Below, piece by piece: positions 43,201-56,348 of a stretch of DNA of 64,000 nucleotides. The DNA is taken from the NCBI RefSeq assembly GCF_009914755.1, contig NC_060925.1; one strand, written 5' to 3'. Positions within the stretch are counted from its first letter, which is position 1. Every line of letters starts with the position of its first letter. The stretch is from the human T2T-CHM13v2.0 reference genome, Homo sapiens. The notes beneath the pieces are model-generated. The model ran no database searches. It was not told the DNA's origin and saw only the letters and a list, made by a program, of their open reading frames with translations. A program made the position numbers and the translations under genes.

Positions 43201-44555
43201 TGCAGTGATAACCTGTGCCTGTTAACAGGAAATACCTCAGTAAGTAGAGACACCGGAAGTTTTCCTCCAGATCCAAGCAATTTGGGATTATCTGTTTCTC
43301 TGGATTCATCACTGTACCTAAACCAGAGGAGTTATATGTAAAGGATTAAATACATGGTTTATTTGATATGCTTACTTCAGAAACTAAAATTAGTTTTAAG
43401 ATGCTCCCCATGTTTCCTGTTGCTAAGGAACTTACACCTCAGAATTGTGTAGAATGCCCTAGATTCAAATGGAGAACAAAAACAATTTTCTGAAATACAG
43501 TAAAAATCTACTAAAATGAAATCACAAACTAAGGTAAATAAAACTCGTTTAAGAGGTGATTTTTGAGAAAAAAAATATAAAACCTATCTGGCTCTTAACA
43601 AAAAAAAAATCATTTTGCCATAAAAGAAGGCAGAGAAATAAAATTATATCATTGGACTTCATTCTCCTTGAAGAAAGATCAAATACAGAAATACATATTT
43701 TGTGCATTTGTATTGCTCTAATTTTACAGTAAATATTTGGCAGAATTCTTCTTGTATCGATCAATACAATATACCTATTATCTATTAATATTTATTGTAC
43801 AGCCTTTATTCAATAACATATATTTACATATTTAAGCTATGCATTACTGATACAATATTTTTGCTGTTGTTTTAATACTTCTCAGGAAGTTATTTGTCAA
43901 AAAATTAAATATGTCTTTGTTATTTTGATATTTGATACCAACATACTTGATACAAACATACTTGGCACTTACTGTAGCATATGTTTTTAATGCTAAATAA
44001 TTGGCCCATCTCTAAAGTTAAAATAGATGGGCTTGAATAGCAAACAATATAAAAATATAGACTTTTAAAAAACTTGTTATAAATGCAAAGACTATTTTAA
44101 TATGATATAAGGTACTTTCTTCTCCTAAACTAAAACAAATTATATATTTGCTGATATGAAGATGATGAGAGGGAAGAAAGAAATATTGGAAGCTGTGTGC
44201 CATTTTTAATAACTTACAAAAATAGTTGTTTCCTTTTGGAAAGCAAGATGATTGATAGCTATTATTCAACTCGATTCTGATCAATTTAAAGGCAGCCAGA
44301 TAACACATGATATAAAGACAGAAGTTTCCTCTATGAATTTAGATAATTAGTTATTAAGTGCAGATTTGGAATAAAACAGATTTACAATCAATCCCTCTGC
44401 TGGGCATCTAGTTCTGAGGTTAAGTATACCTAATTCCTGAGAGATTTCAGCACAGTGACTTGCCTGATTAGTCTTGACCTACCAATGCCTTTAACATCCT
44501 AGCTAAAAGTCTCAGGGCTGTAGTTTCTCCCTCTTTTCTCACTAGAATATTTAGC

Positions 44556-44705
44556 CCCCCACCATGCCTGGCTAATTTTCGTATTTTTTGTAGAGACAGG
44601 GTTTCATCACTTGCCCAGGCTGGTCTCGGACTCCTGAGCTCAAGCATTTTGTCCGCCTCAGCCTCCCAAACTGCTGGGACTACAGGTATGAGCCACTGCC
44701 CAGCC
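44556..44705 (-). mobile_element. AluJ left monomer plus linker (3' part missing)
   Basis: accatgcctggctaattttcgtattttttgtagagacagggtttc...atgagccactgcccagcc; no right arm or tail. Confidence 0.88.
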
Positions 44706-46044
44706 TTCTTATTCTTTTTATGAATTAAAATGTTAGTCAATGTCACATTACGTTTGTGACCCCGTATTCCAAATATTTTCTATTCTATTGTTTAAAACTC
44801 TCCTTTCCATATCTTACAATTTTGCAATTTGCTCTTCATTCTTGGTAAATGTTTAAATTTTCCTTCTCATTACACGTATCTGAACACATCGTAGATATTC
44901 TACTCTGATCATGATAAAAACCACCCAAAATAAATAAAACTGGCCAATTTTAAAATGTGAAATAAATCCTTTTAGGTATAATTTGTCCTGAAATTAGATA
45001 TATATTTTTTATGTGAAAATCTGCAAAACAGAAAAACAACATAGCAAAAAACTGAGCTTGAGTTTTGGTTACAGAATCCTGTGTATATTATTGTCTGGAA
45101 TCAGTGTATGAGGAGTTACGTAAGGTATGAAGGGAATATTGTGATCCTCCTCATACTCTGGCTTCATAACCCAGCTATAATTTAAAAAAGAAAAAGCACC
45201 TCGGCACACTCATTGTATTGTTTTCAAGCCCAAACTAATGTACGATGGATTTTTATTAAAAATATTCCTCTGAGCTTTTGTATTTACTAAGAATACTAAA
45301 TTATATGATTTTTACTATCCATATCATGCTTCCTAAAGTATTTGTGTTTCTGATACTAAATGATTTTCATACAAAATCTGAATTATTCTATATTTTCTAT
45401 GTAAGATACCATTTATAAGCTGGAGGTCATTTAACTTGTCTAACAAAGCAAGCAAATCTTAAAATTAATATTCTCTCTTTAGTTAAACTTCCAATATTAG
45501 AAAATTCTGATTGCATGCATTCTTTTCATATCAAAAGGGGAAATAAAAAATGAATGTTTCAAAAGCATTACATTTAGAAAAATTAATCTAAAAACTGAAG
45601 CTAATTTTCAAAAAAATTTCTGTCATTGCAAGACACCAATTTATGATTGAATTAAGAGTTAAGAAATCAGTAAATACAGCATGTCTCTTTTTATTATTTT
45701 GGTTCTATGGCTATAAAACATAAAATGTATATGAATTTTAAGTTTAAATTATTGGTCACATTTATCAAATAAAAATCATTTTAGTAATTTATAATTGAGT
45801 TTGAAGCTGAGTAATAAGCACCTAATATACCTAAACTTGGTTCTAAAAATATCGTATTTTTATTGTATATTGTATAATGAATAGATATTTGAAATAAAAC
45901 TAAACTGAGGAAGTAGCTTATACCAACTTGTGATAGCTGACACCAAGTGAACAAAGACAGAAAACCTTACCTCCTTCATCCAGTTTCTCATACATTTTCT
46001 CTGTTCAGTTCCTAGTTTTAAAACGTTATATTCACATATACATT

Positions 46045-46047
<3 letters not shown>

Positions 46048-46075
<28 letters not shown>
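46048..46075 (+). repeat. (AC)n microsatellite
   Basis: About 14 AC units. Confidence 0.95.
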
Positions 46076-46078
<3 letters not shown>

Positions 46079-47027
46079 AGCTTTCTAAGAAACACACAAC
46101 ACACATTAACTTTCTAAGAAACTAGTAATGAAACAATAGTCACAAATACACAGAATGTTAAAGCAAAATACTGGTGTATCAAACCATGTTAACTAGAAGA
46201 AAAAAAGAATCCCTGATTAGAAAAAAAAAAATACTCCCAGGTCAATATGACAATGAAACCAAAGACTGGTTTCAAATGGGGTTGGCATTTGTTTTTCTTG
46301 AGAGGTTATACAAATATCAGCTGTGTTGGTATAATATGTTTGCAAGCAAGCCAAATTTGGGGACCAAAGTAGATTCATATTTATAACAAATCTATATATG
46401 AAACTTAAATAAGATTAAATAAGCAAACAGATGGTTTTGCAGGTGGTCATGTCTTAAAAACTAAAGCTATTCAAGAAGGAGCGTGTATTAGTGTCTTGAA
46501 GCAAGGATGGACACAAACAGCTGCTCTAAGAATTTTCTATTCCACTGAGTTGATATATTCTGTCAATCTTTGGCCACAATTAAGTTTTCAATTGTCCCAA
46601 TATATCACACTCACTAAACAGTCTGTGTTACCATCCCTGAATGTACACCTTTAACAAGAATATATAGCATGTGTGCAAAAAGTTGTAGATTGTCAGAGCT
46701 TGGAAGAATGCAATAACTGATTATTCACAGGGGAGAAGAAAAGATTTGGTTCAGGAAGTAAATGCAGTTTGATAGACTTTCCACCATCATCAGAGTAGGC
46801 CAAAATCAAATGTCAAACAATCACTTTGTAACCCTAAGTTAACCAAAGTGATCCATTCATTACCCTCTAAAAGAAGATTTCACATTTCACAAAAAATGTC
46901 CACTATTTCAGGACTACATCATTTCTAATTAATGTCTGAATTGTCCATATAACTTTAGTAAAGTGTTAGGTTTTGAAAACTTTCCGTTTGGAGAAATGGC
47001 AACTTTCATGCTCCAATTGTAGAAAAT

Positions 47028-47066
47028 TGTAGTCTTCAAACTATCATGTAGTCTTCAAACTATCAT
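47028..47066 (+). repeat. Perfect 19-bp tandem duplication
   Basis: tgtagtcttcaaactatca x2. Confidence 0.95.
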
Positions 47067-47646
47067 CCTCAGCAAAATCTTATACTTGAAAATTGAAGCA
47101 TCACAAATTCTGTCACTTATCCAGGTATCATCAGCTATCTCATTTAAGGGAATGACAAAAACAGCTTAAATTTTATAGACTGCCATGCATAAAGGAGAAT
47201 GTTAGAAAAAGACAATGTTTCCAGGGAGATTTCGGCTCTTCCATAATCTAAAGGTTTCTATTTCAGTTACCAGAAAGAGGTCAGAACAAGCTTGTTGGGT
47301 GAAAACTCTTGAGTCCAGAGGTATCAGTTTCTTGACCCTATGACTTTAGCAAATATAAGAATTGCATGATTCTCACTTAGTATGAAAAGAATGACACATA
47401 TATCACCTTGGTACTAACTATTCTACTCACAACGGCACAAATATTTAACCCAATACTAATTGTAACTAGAAAAAAAATGATTCCTGTTATAATCCAATAA
47501 ATTGCTAATCACTAAATTCTCCATCTGTATTCACAACAATTGTCCAATTTCTTAAGACAAATGTTTTGTGTACTAGCTGCCATTGAAATGTTACAATAAC
47601 AAGTAGCCTATTCACAGATAATAGTGAAGGACATTTGAACAAGATT

Positions 47647-47649
<3 letters not shown>

Positions 47650-47688
<39 letters not shown>
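47650..47688 (+). repeat. (ATT)13 microsatellite
   Basis: Direct reading; explains the poly-Ile ORF at 47505-47714. Confidence 0.95.
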
Positions 47689-48029
47689 GCCAGTTGAGGT
47701 AGCATAAAGGGCAACTAGGATTTTTGGGTAACTCTGGGTTTTGGCAGACTACTTAGGCCACTGATAAACTGTTGAAGATGCAATGTTTTAAAAGTCATAC
47801 TAAAAATGGATCTACATGTTATTTTATTTAATCTCTATAGAAATTTATAACTATATATAACTATGACCATAATAAAACAAGGTAATGAAATGTTTTATGA
47901 AAGTAATTGATTCCCTATGTTATGAATATCGGCATCATTTCTTGGAATGAGTCATTAATGTGACCATATAATAAATATCACATGTCACTTATGTGACCAT
48001 ATAATAAATATAGACATGTAGTTGCTATG

Positions 48030-48200
48030 TGATAGATAGATTTGAATCCAGGCACCACCACTCACTAGTTCTGTGCCATTAGACAAATCAAATTTTTTAA
48101 CTTCACGAGTTCATTTCTTCATCTGAAAAAGTTTACTAGCTATAGTTTTTGAGAAAATCAAAGTGGTCATGATTATGAAATGTTTAACATAATGTTAAAT
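48030..48200 (+). mobile_element. MIR SINE
   Basis: tttgaatccaggcaccaccactcactagttctgtg...tttcttcatctgaaaaa. Confidence 0.75.
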
Positions 48201-48414
48201 CATCAGACTTCCAGTTACTACTTTTATTACTTATTTATATTTATTTTGTGGACATTCCTTGCATTCTTTTCTTCTTCTTTGCTATTTTAGAGACCACTTT
48301 ACTCCTTATCTTTTTGCTGGCTACTTAATAAGTCTCCATCTAGCACCCATTTCTAAGAAGTATAGCTTTCCTGTCCAAGTTTCCCAGAGTGACACTGGTA
48401 TTTCATCAGATGAC

Positions 48415-48600
48415 TGAATTTATGTGCCAGTTCTGCCTCTTAATAATTGACCTGAGGATAATTCTTTAACATTTTTTTTACATCTCAGCCTTCTAATCTA
48501 TATAGTGCAAATCATAGTGGTACTTAACTCGTGGTTAATTCAAGGTATAATAAGACAATGCATGACACGAAGCATTTAAAAGTGTGCCTGCGTCCATTAA
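48415..48600 (+). mobile_element. MIR SINE
   Basis: ccagttctgcctcttaataattgacctg...tctcagccttctaatctata. Confidence 0.6.
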
Positions 48601-50425
48601 ATGTGACCAATGATATTAATGAATACATACTCTTGCTTGCCTTAGAATGTGGTCGATTAGTCATTTTCAGCATAGAGATGGTTGACATATTTTGAATATA
48701 TTAACAAATCTAGAACTGAGAAGATCATATTGCTCAGATTCTCTATGAACCTCAGAAAAGACATCAGAAAATTCAATCCTGTATTATTGGATTATTTAAA
48801 CTTTCAGAAACCATCAAAGCAACTCTTGATGAAAACTGACACCTGCTCTAGGGAAGTCAACATGAAAGATGACACATTTAGGACATATGCTGAAAATTCA
48901 TCAGAAATGTTCCCTGATGTGCTAGGTAACTAGAAACATACCAATCACCAGAGTAGCTGCAGGATTTCTAGAATTTATAAGGGATGATTTTTCATCTGTA
49001 AGTAGCACATACTGGTTTATCACAAAAGGCCACTTTCCAGAAAAAGAGAGCTGAAGTTCGCTTTTTGAAGCGTGAGACTAGGGCAAGAAGGGAATTTAAA
49101 GTCTAAACCTCATTCGAAAACTAGAGTATTTGAATATTTTTAGATTTAAGCATTTGTTTTATGTTTGTAATTTATGGCTGAATTAAAATAGTTTTTCCAT
49201 ATTACAATCTTCTTTTGACATATATGACTTACAAAGCTGGTAACTTCTACAGAAGTTAAAATGCTAGATATTATTACTATATTTCAAATTATCATTGTGT
49301 ATATTTTTAAGAATCCTTGAAAAACTAGTTTTTCTCATCTGATTTTTGAAGTAACAGATGTCCACTTGCAGCCTAGGCAGGCAGTAAGCTTCCATTGATC
49401 CTTCTCAGTAGAAAATAAGGGAGGGATTTTTGCTAGACCCCAGACCCTTCATGCTACTTTCTAAGATGAGCAATACTTTATGTTTACGTGTATTCCAGTT
49501 ATTTGTGGGGAGGCATTCGAGACATGTATTCTGCTCCCCAGGAAGGCATTAAAGCACCAAATAGTCATTAAGGGCCCTATGACTCCTATGACTCCTACAT
49601 TCTTCTATGGGGTTTTACCTCTTACTTTATGACAGCTGAAAATTTCTTTTTCACTGTTATAGAGTTCAATTTATTAAAAAAAATCACCACACATTTTAGT
49701 ATTTAGGAATGGAACAGAGTCTAAGGCAGCCCCCAGTCCACAATTTTGACTTGAGTTTTCTGTTTATTTACATAACATAAAGTCAGTGAGAAAGTATTAA
49801 ATAAACATTATAAATATTTAAATATGTTCACAGGATAGCGTAGAATTTTCCTTCCATAATACTATGGCACTGGCAGCATACAATGCCAAACATTATTTTA
49901 CCTTTACTTATTTGGCAATTTGACAAGAAAAATGTTGCGAATTACTTTAATTTTTGACTTATACTTTATACATTCAATATAGCATAATCAAGACATTATA
50001 AAGAATAAAGTGTTATGAAAGAATGAACTATTTATTCAAATTTTTCTATTCACAAGTGAATTTCTCAAACTGTTGACTTTACGTATTTCTCCCAACTCCT
50101 CCACCCCCTACCCTAAACTATCATACATATACACACAACTCCTGGCACTGGTGCTAGATGTAAGGATTTTATTTTTATCATTATGACAGTTTTTGTTTTA
50201 CATTACATTATTTTTCTCTTATAGGGATTTTATAATTTTGTATCACTGTAATCCAATTTTAAGCAATGCGAAGCAAGTTTATGTTAACCTAGTTTCAGAC
50301 TTGCTCATAACCTGTTCTTTTATTGACTTCACATTCTTAAATATTACATTACATTTCACTTCCTAGTTGATGGGAGTTCCACACATGGGACTTTTTTTGT
50401 TGGTATATATGTATTTTATTTTTAA

Positions 50426-50490
50426 ATATAGTCCAAAATATATATAGTCAAAAATATATATAGTCAAAAATATCTATATTTTTGAATATA
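50426..50490 (+). repeat. 16-bp unit x3 plus one inverted copy
   Basis: atatagtc(c/a)aaaatat x3, then atatttttgaatata. Confidence 0.9.
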
Positions 50491-52589
50491 GATTAAGAAC
50501 TTAATTCTCCTGCCTCTTTCTACAAAAGAAAACTTCCTATGTTGTGAGTTCTAACCTTCATTCTAATTCTACTGTGGATATTACTTCAGTATTTTCTGGA
50601 ATGTGTTGTTATATAGTCAAATTATTGAGGGCGGCATAAAATATACAAATGGTTACAGCTTTCCAATCATTCATAATCATAAGTATTGCCCCTTTGTTGC
50701 CCCTCTAGGCCCATTAAGAGATGTCAAGTCTCAGAAAACAACCTGATGTTGACAGAGGAGCATTTTAAAATTGGAGGTAGAGTCTTTGTACAAAGGGAAA
50801 TACAGTGAGGAAAAGTGGAGAACGAACATTGTTAGTAAGATACTGTCATAGGGACTTTAAAGGTTTATACATTCCTTTAATTCAGATTGTCAAGCAGCTG
50901 GTAGTGGCTTAGTATAACATCCCAACTTTGCCCCAGTAAGAAATGTCTTATAGAAATTTGTTCTAGAAACTCTAACTGGTAGACTACCTTCCTGCTGTAC
51001 ATATAAGAAAGAAACAGTGAACAGTAAGAGTAGTAGAAATATATTTTTGTAATAACTGAGAATTTTAGCGTTTAAAGATTAGATCATATAAAAACAATTA
51101 TAGAGAAGCTCTAAAAAATACCACAGATCATGGCAAACTAAATCTAGAAGTCTCTGAAATATTACCTTTAGAAAGTCAACTTTAGAAAGCATTTTCCTTT
51201 CTAACAGAAGGAAATGCCTATATTGTATCAATAGTATGCAAAGAAGTAAGTATGATGACATGGCCTGTTTGAAACAGCACACCCTGGGAGGTGAGGAGAG
51301 TCAGAGAAAGAAAACAGGATCCAATTAAAGGGAAGATGAATAAGAGGAAAAATTTAAAGGAAACCAGAACTGCAGCAATAAAATAAAAATCAGATTGAAT
51401 GCAAACACAAAGAGAACTGACACTTCAAATAGCAAGAGATAAAGGAAAATATTGAAAATCTCAGAATGCAAAAGAAAATAACAAAGTTTAAAATAATGAC
51501 AGACAATATAGGTGATAGTTTGAAGGTGATATTTTGGAGAACAGAAGAAGGATATGAAACCTATGAACTAAAAGTGTTATATAACAGTTTACATAGATAT
51601 AAAATAATTGATAAAGTTAGATTTAAAAGACATATGAGTTGAAAAGAGATCTATACTTGTACATTGAAATGATTTAACAATTTCAAAGCAATACCAATTA
51701 CTTAAAAACTCAGTAGACTGATGCTGGCAAGCACATAGATTTTGTCTCAACATAAGCATAGCATACCTCCTAATAAATGAACAGCGTTTTCATATTCTCA
51801 ATCAATCTCTAGTGGCCAATTTATTTCAACAATGGAGAAAGCTCACAGTATGCTAGAACTAAGAAAGTGCCAATTCACTTGTTTCAAAGAAGTGTGAATT
51901 TTTAACTTGGAAAGAATGGCAATTCCTTCTACTATGGGTCTGTATCAACATATTTAACAAGGAAATATTGCATATTGTGGAAAAGACTTCCAGTTCACCC
52001 CTTTTACTAGAAACATGATCTGTAAGCCAAATTAAAGTAAAATGAAAAGAGGCTTAGCCACGTACAATGTTGCACAACAGCTAAGTTGGCAAAACCTTTG
52101 TTTGACCTTAAATAAGTATACTTGTTAGAATTATTTCCAAATCAATAACCATTAGACCCAAACAATGTTGATTTGTGCCTTTCTGAAAGGTAAATGGCTT
52201 AAACAAAATCATTGCAATAAAATCTTCCTCTCTAATGGTATTCCTTTCAACAGGAAGCCAATAAATCTGACTCTCATGAAAAGCCAATAACTAACAAAAA
52301 GCCCAGCATTTTATTTTTAATCAGCAAAAATTTAAATGCATTGGCATATACAATGTCAGTATTGCAAAAAAAGTTCTGCAATTATATTTTGATATGAATA
52401 ACATGCTGCTTGAAAAATGAAACATTCATATCTTCAATATTATAATAAAATCTGAGGATTGTAAAAGTTCATATATATCCTTTATTTTGGAAACGTGTAA
52501 TGAAAAAATATATATCCAAAGGCAGAGTATAATTTCGAGGATTGTTTCTAAGTGAAGAAGTAAAATTTTCCCAGTCTCACCTTTATGTA

Positions 52590-52697
52590 GACTACATGCA
52601 AATACTATGCCATTTTATATGAGACTTGAGCATCTCTGGATCTTGGTATTTGTGGAGTCCTGAAACAAATACCCACAGATAACAAGAGACAACTGTA
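52590..52697. mobile_element. MER2 (Tigger) terminal fragment
   Basis: atgcaaatactatgccattttatatgagacttgagcatc...cccacagataacaagagacaactgta. Confidence 0.85.
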
Positions 52698-52735
52698 ATT
52701 TACACTGCATGTACTACGCCCAGAAGATAATAAGA

Positions 52736-52970
52736 CAGGTTGAGGGTTTCTTACCCAAAATGCCTGGGACCAGAGATATTTCAGATATTGGTGTTTTTTG
52801 GCTTTAGGAATGTTTGCATTATGCTAATTGAGCGTCCCTAATCCAAAAATTCCAAATCCAAAATGCTCCAATGAGCATTTCTTTTGATTGGCATGTTGGC
52901 ACTCAAACAAACATTTTTAGATTGTAGAGCATTTGGGATTTCAGATTTTTCAATTAGGATGCTCAGTCTG
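52736..52970. mobile_element. Tigger4a / MER46A (Zombi) MITE
   Basis: caggttgag...aaatgcctgggaccaga...aatccaaaatgctccaatgagcattt...ggatgctcagtctg followed by TA. Confidence 0.85.
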
Positions 52971-54093
52971 TAGAAGGAAATACAACAAAACAAATTTGGT
53001 TGTCTCTGGTGGTAGGGTTATCAAATTATTACAATTTAAATATTTATACAAAGCCATGTTCCAAATAATTTTGTTTCCTCATAGTTTTCATTAGTTTACA
53101 ATTATGCCTATGAATACCAATTATTTAATTAATTAATTAAAAATTAGACAGTTGTGTTATGAGTATTATAATTTTGAATTCTGGATTAACGGAACATTAT
53201 TTTGTAAGCAAGTTACTTAACTTTCTTTTATATCTCTTGGGGAGTCCAAATGATAGTTATTTCAGAGATTAGTATGAGAATTAAAAGATACAATGAATAT
53301 AAAATAGCCAGTTCTGCCTGTAACATCAGAGTAATCTCCACAGATGTTGAAATTTTTTAAGGTTAACTCTCTTATCTTTACACTTCAGGTATGTATTTGT
53401 ATACTATTCTTTCTAGTGTTAAAGTGTTATACCTTTGACATCAAAGACTTTGTGTATTACATAGAATAAAATTCTCAGATGAGATTTGAAAACACTTATA
53501 TTTATCTAATTTCTATGGGTATGAAAAACTAGACATATTTATAAATAGCGTATGTAAAATTGTGTTCTCTACTATTTGGCCAGGGTGCTTGTGTCTTTTG
53601 ATTGTAAATAGAATAAAGAACATGACTCTAACATCTTATTTAAATAAATTCTTGTGAATTTTAAACTCTTTTAAAATACTCTGTGTGCACTCACTTAGTA
53701 TTAAAGTGAGTACTAAATATAGGCCTTATTAAAGAACTACATGTAAAAATAAAGAAATAAGTCATACAGGTAAAATCAATTTTGTACACCCTTTCAACAA
53801 TAACCACTCTGTGTGATACTTATAAAATAGTTGAATGTAAATCACATTTCTGAAACAAGTTTTTATTTGAAATGCACAGGGAAATCTCCTTTTTAAATGA
53901 TTCACTTGTGACTCACTGTTAAAGGTAATAATTGTTTATTAATTAATGAGTATGTAAAATATTTGCTAACAACATTTTTAAAAATGAGGGTTTGGGTAGC
54001 AAAGAAAAATCCCTTAGAGCCTCAAGAAGGAGTGCAGCCTTCTGACCTATTTAGATGCCTGGTCTTCAAAACAGTAAAATAATAAATTGCAGA

Positions 54094-54407
54094 TTTTTAT
54101 TTTAACTTTTATTTTAAGTTCAGAGGTACAGGTGCCAGTTTCTTACACAGGTAAACTTGTGTCATGGGGATTTGTTGTACCAATTATTTTATCAGCCAGG
54201 TATTAAGCCTAGTATGCATTAGGTTTTTTTTTTTTTTCATTTTCTCCTTCCTCCCATCCCCCATGCCCCAAAAGACCACAGTGTGTGCTCTTCCTCTCTA
54301 TGTGTCCATGTGTTCTTGTCATTTAGCTCCCAGTTATAAGTGAGAATATGTGATATTTGGTTTTCTGTTCCTATGTGACTTTGCCAAGGATAATGGCCTC
54401 CAGATCC
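54094..54407 (-). mobile_element. L1PA13-16-like 3' end fragment
   Basis: ttttattttaagttcagaggtacagg...ggtaaacttgtgtcatgggg...tttagctcccagttataagtgagaat...gataatggcctccag. Confidence 0.9.
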
Positions 54408-54570
54408 TTTCAGACAATCTCTGCAGTGCCAAGAAGCAAAGAGATTAAGACAAGGCAAATATTTTTTTTTCCTCAGTAGGAAAAAACATAAGAATAGTTT
54501 TTTGGTTATGAGATATTGGCAATAAAGAGGAAGAGATTGAACTAGAAGGTATGCTTTTCCTGAATAAAAA
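54408..54570 (-). repeat. Inverted copy of 54722-54881
   Basis: For example ataaagaggaagagattgaactagaaggtatgcttttcctgaataaaaa versus reverse complement of donor ataaagaaaaagagatagaactagaaggcatccttttcctgaataaaaa; about 80% overall by eye. Confidence 0.9.
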
Positions 54571-55020
54571 AACAAAAAACAAAAACAAGAATTTTCATTA
54601 ACACAATCTCTAAATTGCGTTGTTTTAAGCCATTAAGTTTGTAGTAATTTGTTAACAGCAACAATAGAAAACTAATTTGTCTATTGATACTAAAATATAC
54701 TATGAATAAAAATTATTTTAGTTTTTATTCAGGAAAAGGATGCCTTCTAGTTCTATCTCTTTTTCTTTATTATCAATACCTCATAATCCCCCCCAAAAAA
54801 AACTCGTATTTTTTTCTAATGAAAAAAAGTATTTACCTTGTCTTATTCTCTACCTGTTGACACTACAGAGGTCGTCTGAAATTTCTATCTTGTTTGTGTT
54901 CATTTAAAACATTGTGCAATCAAGATTCTATCTTTAACACCCACCAAAAATTATTCTTTCAATTACTTCCATCAGCTATTTCCCAGTTATTCATTCTTTA
55001 ATTTAATAAAATGCATATTA

Positions 55021-55185
55021 TTTTGAATGTTTCCAACACAAAGCAATCATAAACATTTGAGATGATACATATCCTACTTACCTTGATTTGATCTTTATAC
55101 ATTGTATATATGTATTAAAATATCACATGGTATTCCATAAATATGTACAATGATTATGGGTCAACTAAAATAATACTAATAAAAC
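55021..55185 (+). mobile_element. L1MA 3' end fragment with 12-bp TSD
   Basis: tttgagatgatacatatcctacttaccttgatttgatc...aaatatcacatg...aaatatgtacaa; TSD aaatgcatatta at 55009-55020 and 55186-55197. Confidence 0.85.
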
Positions 55186-55943
55186 AAATGCATATTAAAC
55201 TTATTGCAATAATATTTTCCAAGTAAATTTTTTGAAATACAATTTAAAGCATTTAATTGGATTCTCAATACATGTTTGTTAAAATCAAAGCTTAAAGGCC
55301 TTAGGTTTAAGATCACAAAAATATGTTCAAAATAACCTTTTTAAACTATTGCTGAAAATAATGGAGGAAAATGTTGAATACTTGCTATAAATCAGATGCT
55401 GCTTTAGCTACTTTACATTTACTCATTCAGTCAACATATATGAAGAAAATATAAGATTTGTGAACTCAGCTCACAATAAAGATACACAAATTTAAAGAAG
55501 CTGTCACTTTATAAAGCCATTGGAAGCAATATTAAAATTGAGAATGCATATAATTTTTTGTCTTTATAAACACTTGTTCTACAGATATGTCAGTGCCTGT
55601 GGACAAAGGCATATGTGCAAAGATACTCATTTCAGCATAGACTGGAAAGAATTTAAATGTATAGCACTAGAAAAATGTTTTTAATAAATTGTGGTTTTTA
55701 CATAATTTGGAAACTATGCAACCACTACAAAAAATATGGTAGACTTTTGTATAATGAAGTCATGGTTTCCCCTAATAAAGAACTGAGAACCAGTGAGTTG
55801 AGTTCCAAAATGAGATGAAAACTTACTTTTCAGCAAATATAATTTTGCACTGTTTGTTTGTAGTAGACATATTCATTACTTACTGTAAATATTATTCTAA
55901 TTGTATCAAGTTATCTAAAGATTTTTAAATTTTAATTACATCT

Positions 55944-56348
<405 letters not shown>

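Larger units (their letters stand above)
53995..54678 (+). mobile_element. MLT1 LTR 3' portion, split at taaattgc by a 520-bp composite insertion
   Basis: Left piece cccttagagcctcaagaaggagtgcagcc...aataaattgc; right piece taaattgcgttgttttaagccattaagtttgtagtaatttgttaacagcaacaatagaaaactaat. Confidence 0.8.

Noticed and set aside
45971-46011. 41-nt minus-strand exon candidate with strong donor GAG|GTAAGG
   Set aside because: The acceptor (ttttaaaactag) lacks a pyrimidine tract and the peptide is unrecognised; similar donors occur elsewhere by chance.
48682-48933. 83-aa ORF with flanking tttcag and ag|gtaact splice-like sites
   Set aside because: No recognisable protein similarity, non-ATG start, and expected by chance.
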